A stretch of DNA of 64,000 nt from Burkholderiales bacterium (GTDB taxonomy: Bacteria > Pseudomonadota > Gammaproteobacteria > Burkholderiales > Burkholderiaceae_C), in NCBI GenBank assembly GCA_016219375.1, contig JACRNC010000016.1, forward strand, positions 218,006 through 282,005. Direction: 5' to 3'. Within the stretch, counting starts at the first letter, position 1. Every line of letters starts with the position of its first letter. The notes under the pieces are model-generated. The model had not been told where the DNA came from, made no database searches, and worked only from the letters and a program-made list of their open reading frames with translations. The translations under genes and the position numbers were made by a program. This document shows, one piece after another, positions 33,919 to 42,020 of this stretch.

Positions 33919-34803
33919 TCAGCCGATGACGCGCATGGAGTAGTCCACCGCACGCACGTCCTTGGTCAGCTTGCCGATGGAGATGCGGTCCACGCCGGTG
34001 GCGGCGATCTCGCGCAGGCGCTCCAGCGTCACGCCGCCGGAGACCTCCAGCAGCGCGCGGCCGGCATTCAGCGCCACGGCCTCGCGCATCTGCTCAAGCG
34101 AGAAGTTGTCCAGCAGCACGCTGGTCGCGCCCGCGTCCAGCGCCTCCTGCAGCTGGGCCAGCGTCTCCACCTCGATCTGGATGCCCACGCCGGCCTGCAG
34201 CGCCTGCGCGGCTTGCAGCGCGGCGCACACGCTGCCGGCGGCGGCGATGTGGTTCTCCTTGATCAGGATGCCGTCGTAGAGCGCCAGGCGCTGGTTCTGC
34301 CCGCCGCCCACGGTGACGGCGTACTTCTGTGCCAGGCGCAGCCCCGGCAGCGTCTTGCGCGTGTCCAGCACCGCGCAGCCGCGCGGATTGGGCGACGCGC
34401 CGGCGATGGCATCCGCATGCTGGCGGGTGAGCGTGGCGGTGCCGGAGAGCAGCTGCAGGAAGTTCAGCGCCGGCCGCTCGGCCGACAGCAGCGCGCGGGC
34501 ATCGGCCTGGATGGTGCACACCGGCGTGTCGGCCGGCATGCGATCGCCCTCGGCGTAATGCCAGGTGATCTGCGCCTGGTCGTCCAGCGCCCGCACGCAG
34601 CCGTCGAACCAGTCGCGGCCGCACAGCACGGCGTCCTCGCGCACGATCACGCGGGCGGTGATGCGCTTGCCCGCAGGCGCCAGCTGCGCCGTCCAGTCGC
34701 ACACGCCGATGTCTTCCATCAGCGCATCGCGGATGTTGCGCTGGCGGGCCTGGGCAAGGGTCTCGTTGTGGTCGAACATGGGTGCGGGGGCTGAGGGCGG
34801 CAA
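33919..34803 (-). CDS. nadC: nicotinate-nucleotide diphosphorylase (carboxylating)
   Basis: 294 aa. ILDTRKT.PGLR..QKYAV..GGG.NHR-type block (VLDTRKTLPGLRLAQKYAVTVGGGQNQR) and LIKENH. Confidence 0.9.
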   Translation of the reverse strand: MPPSAPAPMFDHNETLAQARQRNIRDALMEDIGVCDWTAQLAPAGKRITARVIVREDAVLCGRDWFDGCVRALDDQAQITWHYAEGDRMPADTPVCTIQADARALLSAERPALNFLQLLSGTATLTRQHADAIAGASPNPRGCAVLDTRKTLPGLRLAQKYAVTVGGGQNQRLALYDGILIKENHIAAAGSVCAALQAAQALQAGVGIQIEVETLAQLQEALDAGATSVLLDNFSLEQMREAVALNAGRALLEVSGGVTLERLREIAATGVDRISIGKLTKDVRAVDYSMRVIG

Positions 34804-34852
34804 AGCCGTGATTTTCCGTCAGCGCCCGCACCGCGGCCGGCACGGCGGGCCG

Positions 34853-36304
34853 TCAGAGGTCGCGCGCCGGGAAGATGCTCTTCCTGACCACCGCGTGCAC
34901 GCCCCAGTTGCCGTCCACCACCTGCGTGATGCCGAAGTCCACCGCGATGGACATCAGCGAGATGGCCTCGTCCTCGCCCAGGCCCTGGGTGGTCATGAGG
35001 AAGTGGCGCATCTTGTGATACGCGTCGCGCAGGGCCAGGTCCACCGAGGATTTCTGGTAGATCAGGTTCTGCGCATCCGGGCCCAGCTCGGCCAGGTAGT
35101 TGGCATAGCTGAAGCCGTGCAGCAGCCATTCGTCGGGCGTCTCCAGCAGCGGGTAGCGCAGGTCGGCCAGCGGCGTGCCGGGGAGCTGGGCCTTCTTGTG
35201 CAGGATGAGCTGGAAGGTGCCGGTCAGCGAGCACTCGATGGCCGTGCCGCAGAGCTCCGAGTCGCCCTGCGAGGCATGCGGGTCGCCGACGCTGAACATC
35301 GCGCCGGGCACGGCCACCGGGTAGTAGAGCGTGGCGCCCTTGCCGATGCGCCAGTTGTCGATGTTGCCGCCGGTGTAGTTGGGCGGGATGGAGGTGACCA
35401 TGTCCGCCTCCGCCGGGGCCACGCCCATCGTGCCGAAGTGCGGCCGCACGGGGATGCGGATGTTCTTCAGCACCTTGTCGTTCTTGGTGATGGTGCGGTG
35501 GTCCACCGGCACGCCGGGGTAGTCGATGGTGGGGTGCACCACGCCGAAGGGGTCGGTCTGCGGCGTCCAGCGGTAGTTGTAGACCGCGCGGGCCCAGTTG
35601 CGCTCGCCGGTGGCGTCGATCTCATAGATGGTGACCACCTCGCGCTTCTTCGGCTCGGTCAGCGTGTCGCCGTAATGGAAGCCCCAGTTGGCCGCGGCAT
35701 TGCTACCGAAGGCGCGGCCCTTGTAGGCCGGGTTGGCGCAGGGCCGGGGCACGACGTCGACGATGCGCACCTCCAGGATGTCGCCGGGCTCGGCACCCTT
35801 GATGCGCACCGGGCCGGTGCAGATGTGCACGCCCTGGCCGCCGCCTGCACCGACCTTGGCATCCATCGGGCCGGCGCCGCGGCGGTTGACGCCCTTGCGC
35901 TGCGCATCCCAGTGGAAGACGCTCTCGGCACCCGCGTCGCCGCGCACCATGCGCTCGGCATCGTCGTTGGCATGGTGGGTCAGCGTCTCGATGGTGACGA
36001 AGTCGCCGGACTCCACCTCCACCACCGGCTTGGCCGACTTGCTGAAGTAGCCCCAGAGCACCGTGTCGGCGCGGGCGGGGATGTAGTAGTGGCTGGCCAG
36101 GCCCGAGCCGGGCTGGGCGCTCTTGGCGAATGCGCTGGGCGCCATCGAGACGCTGAGCGCGCTGGCCGAGACGGCGCTGCCGCCGACGACCATCGCGTCG
36201 CGCAGGAAGGAGCGGCGCGCGGATTTGAACTCTTCCTTGGCGTCGGCTTGCTGTTCGGGCGACAGGCCGTGCTGGCAGCCGGGCCCGCAGATGTGCTGGC
36301 TCAT
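34853..36304 (-). CDS. acetamidase/formamidase-family protein with twin-arginine signal peptide
   Basis: ATG 36304. Tat motif SARRSFLRD plus h-region plus AFA. Family blocks HICTGPVRIKGAEPGDILEVRI, GGNIDNWRIGKGATLYYPV, GDPHASQGDSELCGTAIECSL and VDFGITQVVDGNWGVHA. Confidence 0.8.
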   Translation of the reverse strand: MSQHICGPGCQHGLSPEQQADAKEEFKSARRSFLRDAMVVGGSAVSASALSVSMAPSAFAKSAQPGSGLASHYYIPARADTVLWGYFSKSAKPVVEVESGDFVTIETLTHHANDDAERMVRGDAGAESVFHWDAQRKGVNRRGAGPMDAKVGAGGGQGVHICTGPVRIKGAEPGDILEVRIVDVVPRPCANPAYKGRAFGSNAAANWGFHYGDTLTEPKKREVVTIYEIDATGERNWARAVYNYRWTPQTDPFGVVHPTIDYPGVPVDHRTITKNDKVLKNIRIPVRPHFGTMGVAPAEADMVTSIPPNYTGGNIDNWRIGKGATLYYPVAVPGAMFSVGDPHASQGDSELCGTAIECSLTGTFQLILHKKAQLPGTPLADLRYPLLETPDEWLLHGFSYANYLAELGPDAQNLIYQKSSVDLALRDAYHKMRHFLMTTQGLGEDEAISLMSIAVDFGITQVVDGNWGVHAVVRKSIFPARDL

Positions 36305-36454
36305 GGATCGACTCCGGTGTGTGGGGACGGCTGCAGTGTTGGCCGGCAGGGCCGCGGTGCACTGGTCGGCAGGCGCACAACGGCTGGTCGGCCGGCCGGG
36401 CCGGCCCGATGGATGCATGCAGGCTGCGGCATTGCGACGCCCGAGCCTGCCGCC

Positions 36455-38947
36455 ATGCACGACGACCTGCGCCACCTGACGCTAGACGCCTATCCCGAGG
36501 CCCTGCGCCATGAGGCCTGGGACACCGTGCTGGAGCGGCTGCGCGTGGCGGCCGGGCCGTCGGCCGTCGCCCCGTGGGGCCAGGGCTGCTGGCGGGCGTC
36601 GGCGCTGGGCAGCGTCTTCGTGCGGCTGGCCGCATCGGCCCAGACCTGGCAGCCCCGGCCCGGCCAGACACCCGAGGGCCTGCTGGCCGTGACGGTGCTG
36701 GAGGGCAGCGCCCTGGTGGACCACGACGGCGGCACGCTGGCGCTGCGGGCAGGCGACGTGCTGCTGCTGGCGCCGGGCGGCGGCTGGCGGCTCGGCTTCA
36801 TCACGCCGTGGCGGGCGCTGGCGGTGCGGCTGCGGCCGCAGGCGCTGCTGCAGCGGCTGCTGCGCCTGGCCGGGCCGCAGCTGGCGCACCTGGAGCGCGG
36901 CCGGCCGCTGCATGGCGTGTGCAGCGCCCTGCTGGCCAGCGTGGCCGAGCGCCTTCCCGGCCTGGGCCAGGCCGACCTGGCCACCCTGGAGACCACGCTG
37001 GACGGCCTGCTGACCAGCTGCCTGGGCGGCCTGGGCACCCCGGTCGAAACCGGCGCCGAGCCGGCCAGCGCAGTGCAGGCCAGCGCTGTTCAGTTGGGCC
37101 ACCTGCAGCGCGTGTGCCGCACGCTGGAGGCCCGCCTAGGCGAGGCCGACATGAGCCTGGAGCGGCTGGCGGCGCTGGACGGCCTGTCCACCCGCTATGT
37201 GCAGCGGCTCTTCCAGACCGCGGGCACCACCTTCGGCGACCACCTGCGCGAGCGCCGGCTGGAGCGGGCGCGCATGGACCTGCTCAACCCCGCGCTGGCC
37301 CGGGTGACGGTGGCCGAGATCTGCTACCGCTGGGGCTTCAGCGACCCGTCCAACTTCACCCGCGCCTTCAGCGCGCGCTACGGCCTGGCGCCGCGCGCCT
37401 GCCGCAGCCGGCCCGGTGCCCAGGCCGGTGTGCAGGGCGGCAGCCCGGAGCTGCCCCGCCACCGCGGCCGGCCCACGGCCGATGAGCAGGCCGTGGAGCC
37501 GACCCAGGTGCAGGCCGCCCCGCGCGGGCCGGCCACTGCACGCCCTGCAGACGTCGGCCCGGCGCCCGACCCGTCCTTCCGCCAGGTGCTGGACGACCAT
37601 GCCTACCAGGTGCTGGCGGTCAGCCTGGCGCCCAAGCGCAGCCTGGCGGCCGATGTGCCGCTGCCGGCCGCCGCCGGGCCGGCGCCCCGGCATCACTACG
37701 TGCCCGCCTCGGCGCAGACGGTGCACTGGGGCTATCTCAGCCGCAGCCTCAAGCCGGTGGTCACGGTGCGCTCGGGGGATGTCGTCACGCTGGAGACGCT
37801 CACCCAGCACGCGTCGGACGACTGGGAGCGCATGGTGCAGGGCGACGCCGGCGCGCAAAGCGTCTTCCAGTGGACGCCCGGGCACAAGGCCGTCTCGCGC
37901 CGCGGCGCCGGTCCGCAGGACGCGTCGGTCTTCGGCCGCGGCAGCGGCGAGGGCTTCGGCGTGCACATCTGCACCGGGCCGGTCCACGTGCAGGGTGCGG
38001 AGCCCGGCGACGTGCTGGAGGTGCGCATCCTCGACGTGCGCCACCGCCCCAGCCAGAGCCCCCGCTTCCGCGGCCGGGTGTTCGGCAGCAATGCCGCGGC
38101 CTGGTGGGGCTACCACTACCAGGATCTGCTGACCGAGCCGCGCCCGCGCGAGGTGGTCACGCTCTACGAGATCGACACCGTGGCCGAGCCGGCCGTGGCC
38201 CGCGCCGTCTACAGCTACCGCTGGATGCCGCAGACCGACCCGGACGGCGTGCGCCACGCCACCATCGACTATCCCGGCGTGCCGGTGGAGGAGGGCAGCG
38301 TCTACAAGCGCTACGGCGTGCTGGCGGGCGCCTGCGTGCCGCTGCGGCCGCACTTCGGCCTGCTGGCCGTGGCGCCGCGCGAGGCCGGGCCGGTGGACTC
38401 CATCCCGCCCGGCTACTTCGGCGGCAATCTGGACAACTGGCGGGCCGGCAAGGGCGCGCGGCTGTACCTGCCTGTGGCGGTGGACGGCGCGCTTTTCTCC
38501 GCCGGCGACCCGCATGCGGCCCAGGGCGACGGCGAGGTCTGCGGCACGGCCATCGAGTGCTCGCTGACCGGCGTCTTCCAGCTCGTGCTGCACAAGCGGG
38601 CGCAGTGCAGCGGGCCGCTGGCGGGCCTGGGCAGCCCGCTGCTGGAGACGGACGACGCCTGGGTGGTGCAGGGCCTGAGCGAGCCCAACCACCTGGCCGA
38701 CCTGGGCCCGCAGGCGCAGGCCGAGGTCTACCGCCGGGCCTCGCTGGACAGCGCGATGCGCGACGCCTTCCGCAAGGCGCGGCGCCACCTGATGCAGACC
38801 TGGGCGCTGGACGAGGACGAGGCGCTGTCGCTGCTGTCGGTCGGCGTGGACTTCGGCATCACGCAGGTGGCCGACGGCAACTGGGGCGTGCATGCGGTCA
38901 TCCCCAAGGCGCTGTTCCCGCAGCCCGCCGGGCCGCTGGGCGGCTGA
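36455..38947 (+). CDS. AraC-family transcriptional regulator continuing in frame into an acetamidase/formamidase-like domain (830 codons)
   Basis: ATG 36455 (MHDDLRHLTLDAY...). AraC HTH LSTRYVQRLF...VAEICYRWGFSDPSNFTRAFSARYGLAP at about 37170..37400. No stop until 38947. Residues from about 37690 onward are roughly 60% identical by eye to the neighbouring amidase. Confidence 0.65.
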   Translation: MHDDLRHLTLDAYPEALRHEAWDTVLERLRVAAGPSAVAPWGQGCWRASALGSVFVRLAASAQTWQPRPGQTPEGLLAVTVLEGSALVDHDGGTLALRAGDVLLLAPGGGWRLGFITPWRALAVRLRPQALLQRLLRLAGPQLAHLERGRPLHGVCSALLASVAERLPGLGQADLATLETTLDGLLTSCLGGLGTPVETGAEPASAVQASAVQLGHLQRVCRTLEARLGEADMSLERLAALDGLSTRYVQRLFQTAGTTFGDHLRERRLERARMDLLNPALARVTVAEICYRWGFSDPSNFTRAFSARYGLAPRACRSRPGAQAGVQGGSPELPRHRGRPTADEQAVEPTQVQAAPRGPATARPADVGPAPDPSFRQVLDDHAYQVLAVSLAPKRSLAADVPLPAAAGPAPRHHYVPASAQTVHWGYLSRSLKPVVTVRSGDVVTLETLTQHASDDWERMVQGDAGAQSVFQWTPGHKAVSRRGAGPQDASVFGRGSGEGFGVHICTGPVHVQGAEPGDVLEVRILDVRHRPSQSPRFRGRVFGSNAAAWWGYHYQDLLTEPRPREVVTLYEIDTVAEPAVARAVYSYRWMPQTDPDGVRHATIDYPGVPVEEGSVYKRYGVLAGACVPLRPHFGLLAVAPREAGPVDSIPPGYFGGNLDNWRAGKGARLYLPVAVDGALFSAGDPHAAQGDGEVCGTAIECSLTGVFQLVLHKRAQCSGPLAGLGSPLLETDDAWVVQGLSEPNHLADLGPQAQAEVYRRASLDSAMRDAFRKARRHLMQTWALDEDEALSLLSVGVDFGITQVADGNWGVHAVIPKALFPQPAGPLGG

Positions 38948-39012
38948 GGCGCACCCGGCCGCCGCACAGCACGCCGGGTCTATGCTGGCGGCTCCACACC
39001 GGGAGCCATGCG

Positions 39013-39948
39013 ATGGGCGACAAGAACGGGAAGAACGGCGGCAAGAACGGGGACGGCAAGGCCCCGGGCAAGGTCGAAAAGACCGGCAAGGACAGCAGGG
39101 GCGACAAGGACGCCAAGGACGCCAAGGACGGCAAGAAGGCGGGCGGCCACGGCAACGGCCACGCGGCCGCTTCCACCCGCCTGCCTCGGGCCGAGTACGA
39201 GGCTGCGCTGGAGGCGCTGCAGATCGAGCTGGGTGGCATGGCCCGCTGGCTGCAGCACACCGGCCAGCGGCTGGTGGTGGTGATCGAGGGCCGCGACACC
39301 GCGGGCAAGGGCGGGGTGATCGCCGCCATCAGCGACACGCTCAACCCGCGCCAGTGCCATGTGGTGGCGCTGGCCAAGCCCAGCGAGCGCGAGCAGACGC
39401 AGTGGTACTTCCAGCGCTACGTGCCGCATCTGCCCGCGGCCGGCGAGATCGTGCTGTTCGATCGCAGCTGGTACAACCGCGCCGGCGTCGAGAAGGTGAT
39501 GGGCTATGCCACGCCTGAGCAGGTGCGGGCGTTCCTGAAGCAGGCGCCGGTCTTCGAGCGCATGCTGGTGGACGACGGCATCCTGCTCTTCAAGTACTGG
39601 CTGACGGTGGACCAGGCGCTGCAGGAAGAGCGCTTCCAGGAGCGGCTGACCGATCCGCTCAAGCGCTGGAAGCTCTCGCCCATCGACGTGCAGGCCCGCG
39701 CCAGGTACGCGGAGTACGGCCAGGCGCGCGACGAGATGCTGCAGGCCACGCACACGGCGCATGCGCCGTGGACGCTGGTGGACTTCAATGACCAGCGGCG
39801 CGGGCGGCTCAACCTGATCCGCGACCTGCTGGACCGGCTGCCCGACACGCATGTGGAGCCGCCGGCCCTCGACTTCCCCCCGCTGGACGGGCCGCTGCTG
39901 GCCGAGAACTTCACCGGCCCGGTCAAGCCGATCGCCGGCAAGTATTGA
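39013..39948 (+). CDS. ppk2: polyphosphate kinase 2 with Lys/Gly/Asp-rich N-terminal extension
   Basis: ATG 39013. PPK2 core VVVIEGRDTAGKGGVI (Walker A), QWYFQRY and LFDRSWYNRAGVE. Confidence 0.85.
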   Translation: MGDKNGKNGGKNGDGKAPGKVEKTGKDSRGDKDAKDAKDGKKAGGHGNGHAAASTRLPRAEYEAALEALQIELGGMARWLQHTGQRLVVVIEGRDTAGKGGVIAAISDTLNPRQCHVVALAKPSEREQTQWYFQRYVPHLPAAGEIVLFDRSWYNRAGVEKVMGYATPEQVRAFLKQAPVFERMLVDDGILLFKYWLTVDQALQEERFQERLTDPLKRWKLSPIDVQARARYAEYGQARDEMLQATHTAHAPWTLVDFNDQRRGRLNLIRDLLDRLPDTHVEPPALDFPPLDGPLLAENFTGPVKPIAGKY

Positions 39949-39967
39949 CCGCCTCAGGCCGACCGCT

Positions 39968-41092
39968 TCAGGCCGCCCCGACGCCCGGCACGAAGCCCTG
40001 GGCCGGCTTGGCGATCGCCGCCGGGTGCTGCGCGACGAAGGCCAGCATGCGGTCGATGCAGCCGTGGGCCTGGCTGCGCACCGGCTCGGGCACGTCGATC
40101 TCGCCGGTGCCTCGCTCCAGACAGTCGATGACGCCCTGCAGCGCGTTCATGGCCATCCACGGGCAGTGCGCGCAGCTCTTGCAGGTGGCGCTGTTGCCGG
40201 CCGTGGGCGCCTCGATCAGCGTTTTGCCCGGCGCCAGCTGGCGCATGCGGTGCAGGATGCCGTTGTCGGTGGCGACGATGTAGGTCTGGGCCGGGCCCTC
40301 GACCACCGCCTTGAGGAGCTGCGAGGTGGAGCCGACTACGTCGGCCTGCTTGACGACGCTCTCGGGCGACTCGGGGTGCACCAGCACCATGGCGCCGGGG
40401 TGATGCGCCTTGAGCAGGTCCAGCTCCAGGCCCTTGAACTCGTCGTGCACGATGCAGGCACCGTTCCACATCAGCATGTCCGCGCCGGTCTGCTGCTGGA
40501 TGTAGCGGCCCAGGTGGCGGTCGGGCGCCCAGAGGATCTTCTCGCCCTGGGCCTTCAGGTGCTCGACGATGGCCAGCGCGCAGGAGCTGGTCACCATCCA
40601 GTCGGCGCGGGCCTTCACCGCGGCGCTGGTGTTGGCATAGACCACCACCTTGCGGTCGGGGTGGGCGTCGCAAAAGCGCGCGAAGTCCTCGGCCGGGCAG
40701 CCCAGGTCGAGCGAGCAGGTGGCGTCCAGGTCGGGCATCAGCACCCGCTTGTCGGGCGACAGGATCTTGGCCGACTCGCCCATGAAGCGCACGCCGGCCA
40801 CCACCAGCGTCTGCGCCGCATGGTCGCGGCCGAAGCGGGCCATCTCCAGCGAGTCGGCCACGCAGCCGCCGGTCTCCAGCGCCAGGTCCTGCAGGTCGCC
40901 ATCGACGTAGTAATGGGCCACCAGCACGGCGCCGCGTTCGGCCAGCAATTGCTTGGCGCGCGCCTTCTGCTGCTGGCGCTGCTCGGGCGTCAGCGCAGGC
41001 GGGACCTTGGCCCAGGCATGGGCCACGCACGAGGCGCCGCTGGCGTCCTGGCGGGTGTAGTCGTATTCGACGGTGGATGAGGCGGTGTTCAT
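39968..41092 (-). CDS. nadA: quinolinate synthase
   Basis: ATG 41092 ([12 protein letters not shown]...). [20 protein letters not shown], three Cys-bearing blocks including [12 protein letters not shown]. Confidence 0.9.
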   Translation of the reverse strand: MNTASSTVEYDYTRQDASGASCVAHAWAKVPPALTPEQRQQQKARAKQLLAERGAVLVAHYYVDGDLQDLALETGGCVADSLEMARFGRDHAAQTLVVAGVRFMGESAKILSPDKRVLMPDLDATCSLDLGCPAEDFARFCDAHPDRKVVVYANTSAAVKARADWMVTSSCALAIVEHLKAQGEKILWAPDRHLGRYIQQQTGADMLMWNGACIVHDEFKGLELDLLKAHHPGAMVLVHPESPESVVKQADVVGSTSQLLKAVVEGPAQTYIVATDNGILHRMRQLAPGKTLIEAPTAGNSATCKSCAHCPWMAMNALQGVIDCLERGTGEIDVPEPVRSQAHGCIDRMLAFVAQHPAAIAKPAQGFVPGVGAA

Positions 41093-41231
41093 GGCATCAG
41101 GCCCGGCGGGCGCGGGCGTCGTGATCGTGGGGCGAAGGCGGGACGATAGCCGCAGCAGGGCATCGGCGCAGGGCGTGCGGCTGAGATGGACGCAGGAGCG
41201 GCGACGGCAGGCTGGGCGAGAGTTGGGGCCT

Positions 41232-42014
41232 TCAAGCCCCGCTGCAAGGGCGCCCGGCGGCACCGGCCGTGACCGATGCCCGCCAGCGCCAGGCGGCCAG
41301 CACCACCTGGCCGCTGGCCCACACGGTGAAGAAGGCAAAGAGCACGTCGCCCAGGTAGTGGCCACCCTGCAGCATGCGCCCGGCGCCGATCACCCCGCCG
41401 CAGATCAGGCCGAGGCCGAACCAGCGCCGCCGCCAGGCCGGCGAGGCGAGCAGCCCCCAGCTCATCAGCCAGAAGCCGGCTGCGGCATGGCTGCTGACGA
41501 AGGAGTAATGCTGGTCGCAGCTCCAGCACGGGCGCAGCGGCGGGTGATAGGGCCGGCTGCCGCCGAAGTCCACCGTCTGCACCGGGCGCGGGCGCTGCAG
41601 CTCGGGCTTGAAGACGCCTTCCACCAGCAGCCCCGGGCCAAGCAGGGCGGTGCACAGGGCGACGCCGGCCGCGGCGCGGCGGGCCGGAGCGATCCGTCGC
41701 CATCCCAGCCGTCCGGCCAGCCAGGCCAGGAACACCGCCAGCAGCAGTGCGCGGCCCACCCACGGCGACCAGCGGTAGGACCACTGCACCCAGCCCAGCG
41801 CATCGCCGGTGAAGCCCGCGCCCGGCGTGTAGAGCGCCTGGCTGACGCGCAGGTCCAGCTGCGGCCAGACCAGGTAGATGGCGATGGCGGCCAGCAGCGC
41901 GGCAGCGGTCAGCCGGTCGTGCAGCGTCCACAGCGGCGGCCGGGCCGGTCGCGACGCGCCGGGCGCGTGCTGCGACGAAGCAGCGCCGGGCGCCTGCGGC
42001 GGGGGGGTAGGCAT
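41232..42014 (-). CDS. PAP2-family lipid phosphatase (LpxE/LpxF-like)
   Basis: 260 aa, multi-TM. PAP2 motifs [17 protein letters not shown] and [11 protein letters not shown]. Confidence 0.75.
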   Translation of the reverse strand: MPTPPPQAPGAASSQHAPGASRPARPPLWTLHDRLTAAALLAAIAIYLVWPQLDLRVSQALYTPGAGFTGDALGWVQWSYRWSPWVGRALLLAVFLAWLAGRLGWRRIAPARRAAAGVALCTALLGPGLLVEGVFKPELQRPRPVQTVDFGGSRPYHPPLRPCWSCDQHYSFVSSHAAAGFWLMSWGLLASPAWRRRWFGLGLICGGVIGAGRMLQGGHYLGDVLFAFFTVWASGQVVLAAWRWRASVTAGAAGRPCSGA

Positions 42015-42020
42015 GGCGGC

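Noticed and set aside
34565-36454. First 630 codons of the tracked 1460-aa plus-strand ORF
   Set aside because: This part is antisense to nadC and to the Tat-signal amidase and reads as Arg/Ala/Gly/His-rich junk. Protein-like sequence in this frame begins only at ATG 36455.
34853-39948. Classical genomic island or mobile element carrying the amidase/AraC/PPK2 trio
   Set aside because: No integrase, transposase, tRNA target, flanking direct repeats or obvious compositional break. I treated it as an insert in a conserved gene pair, not as a mobile element.
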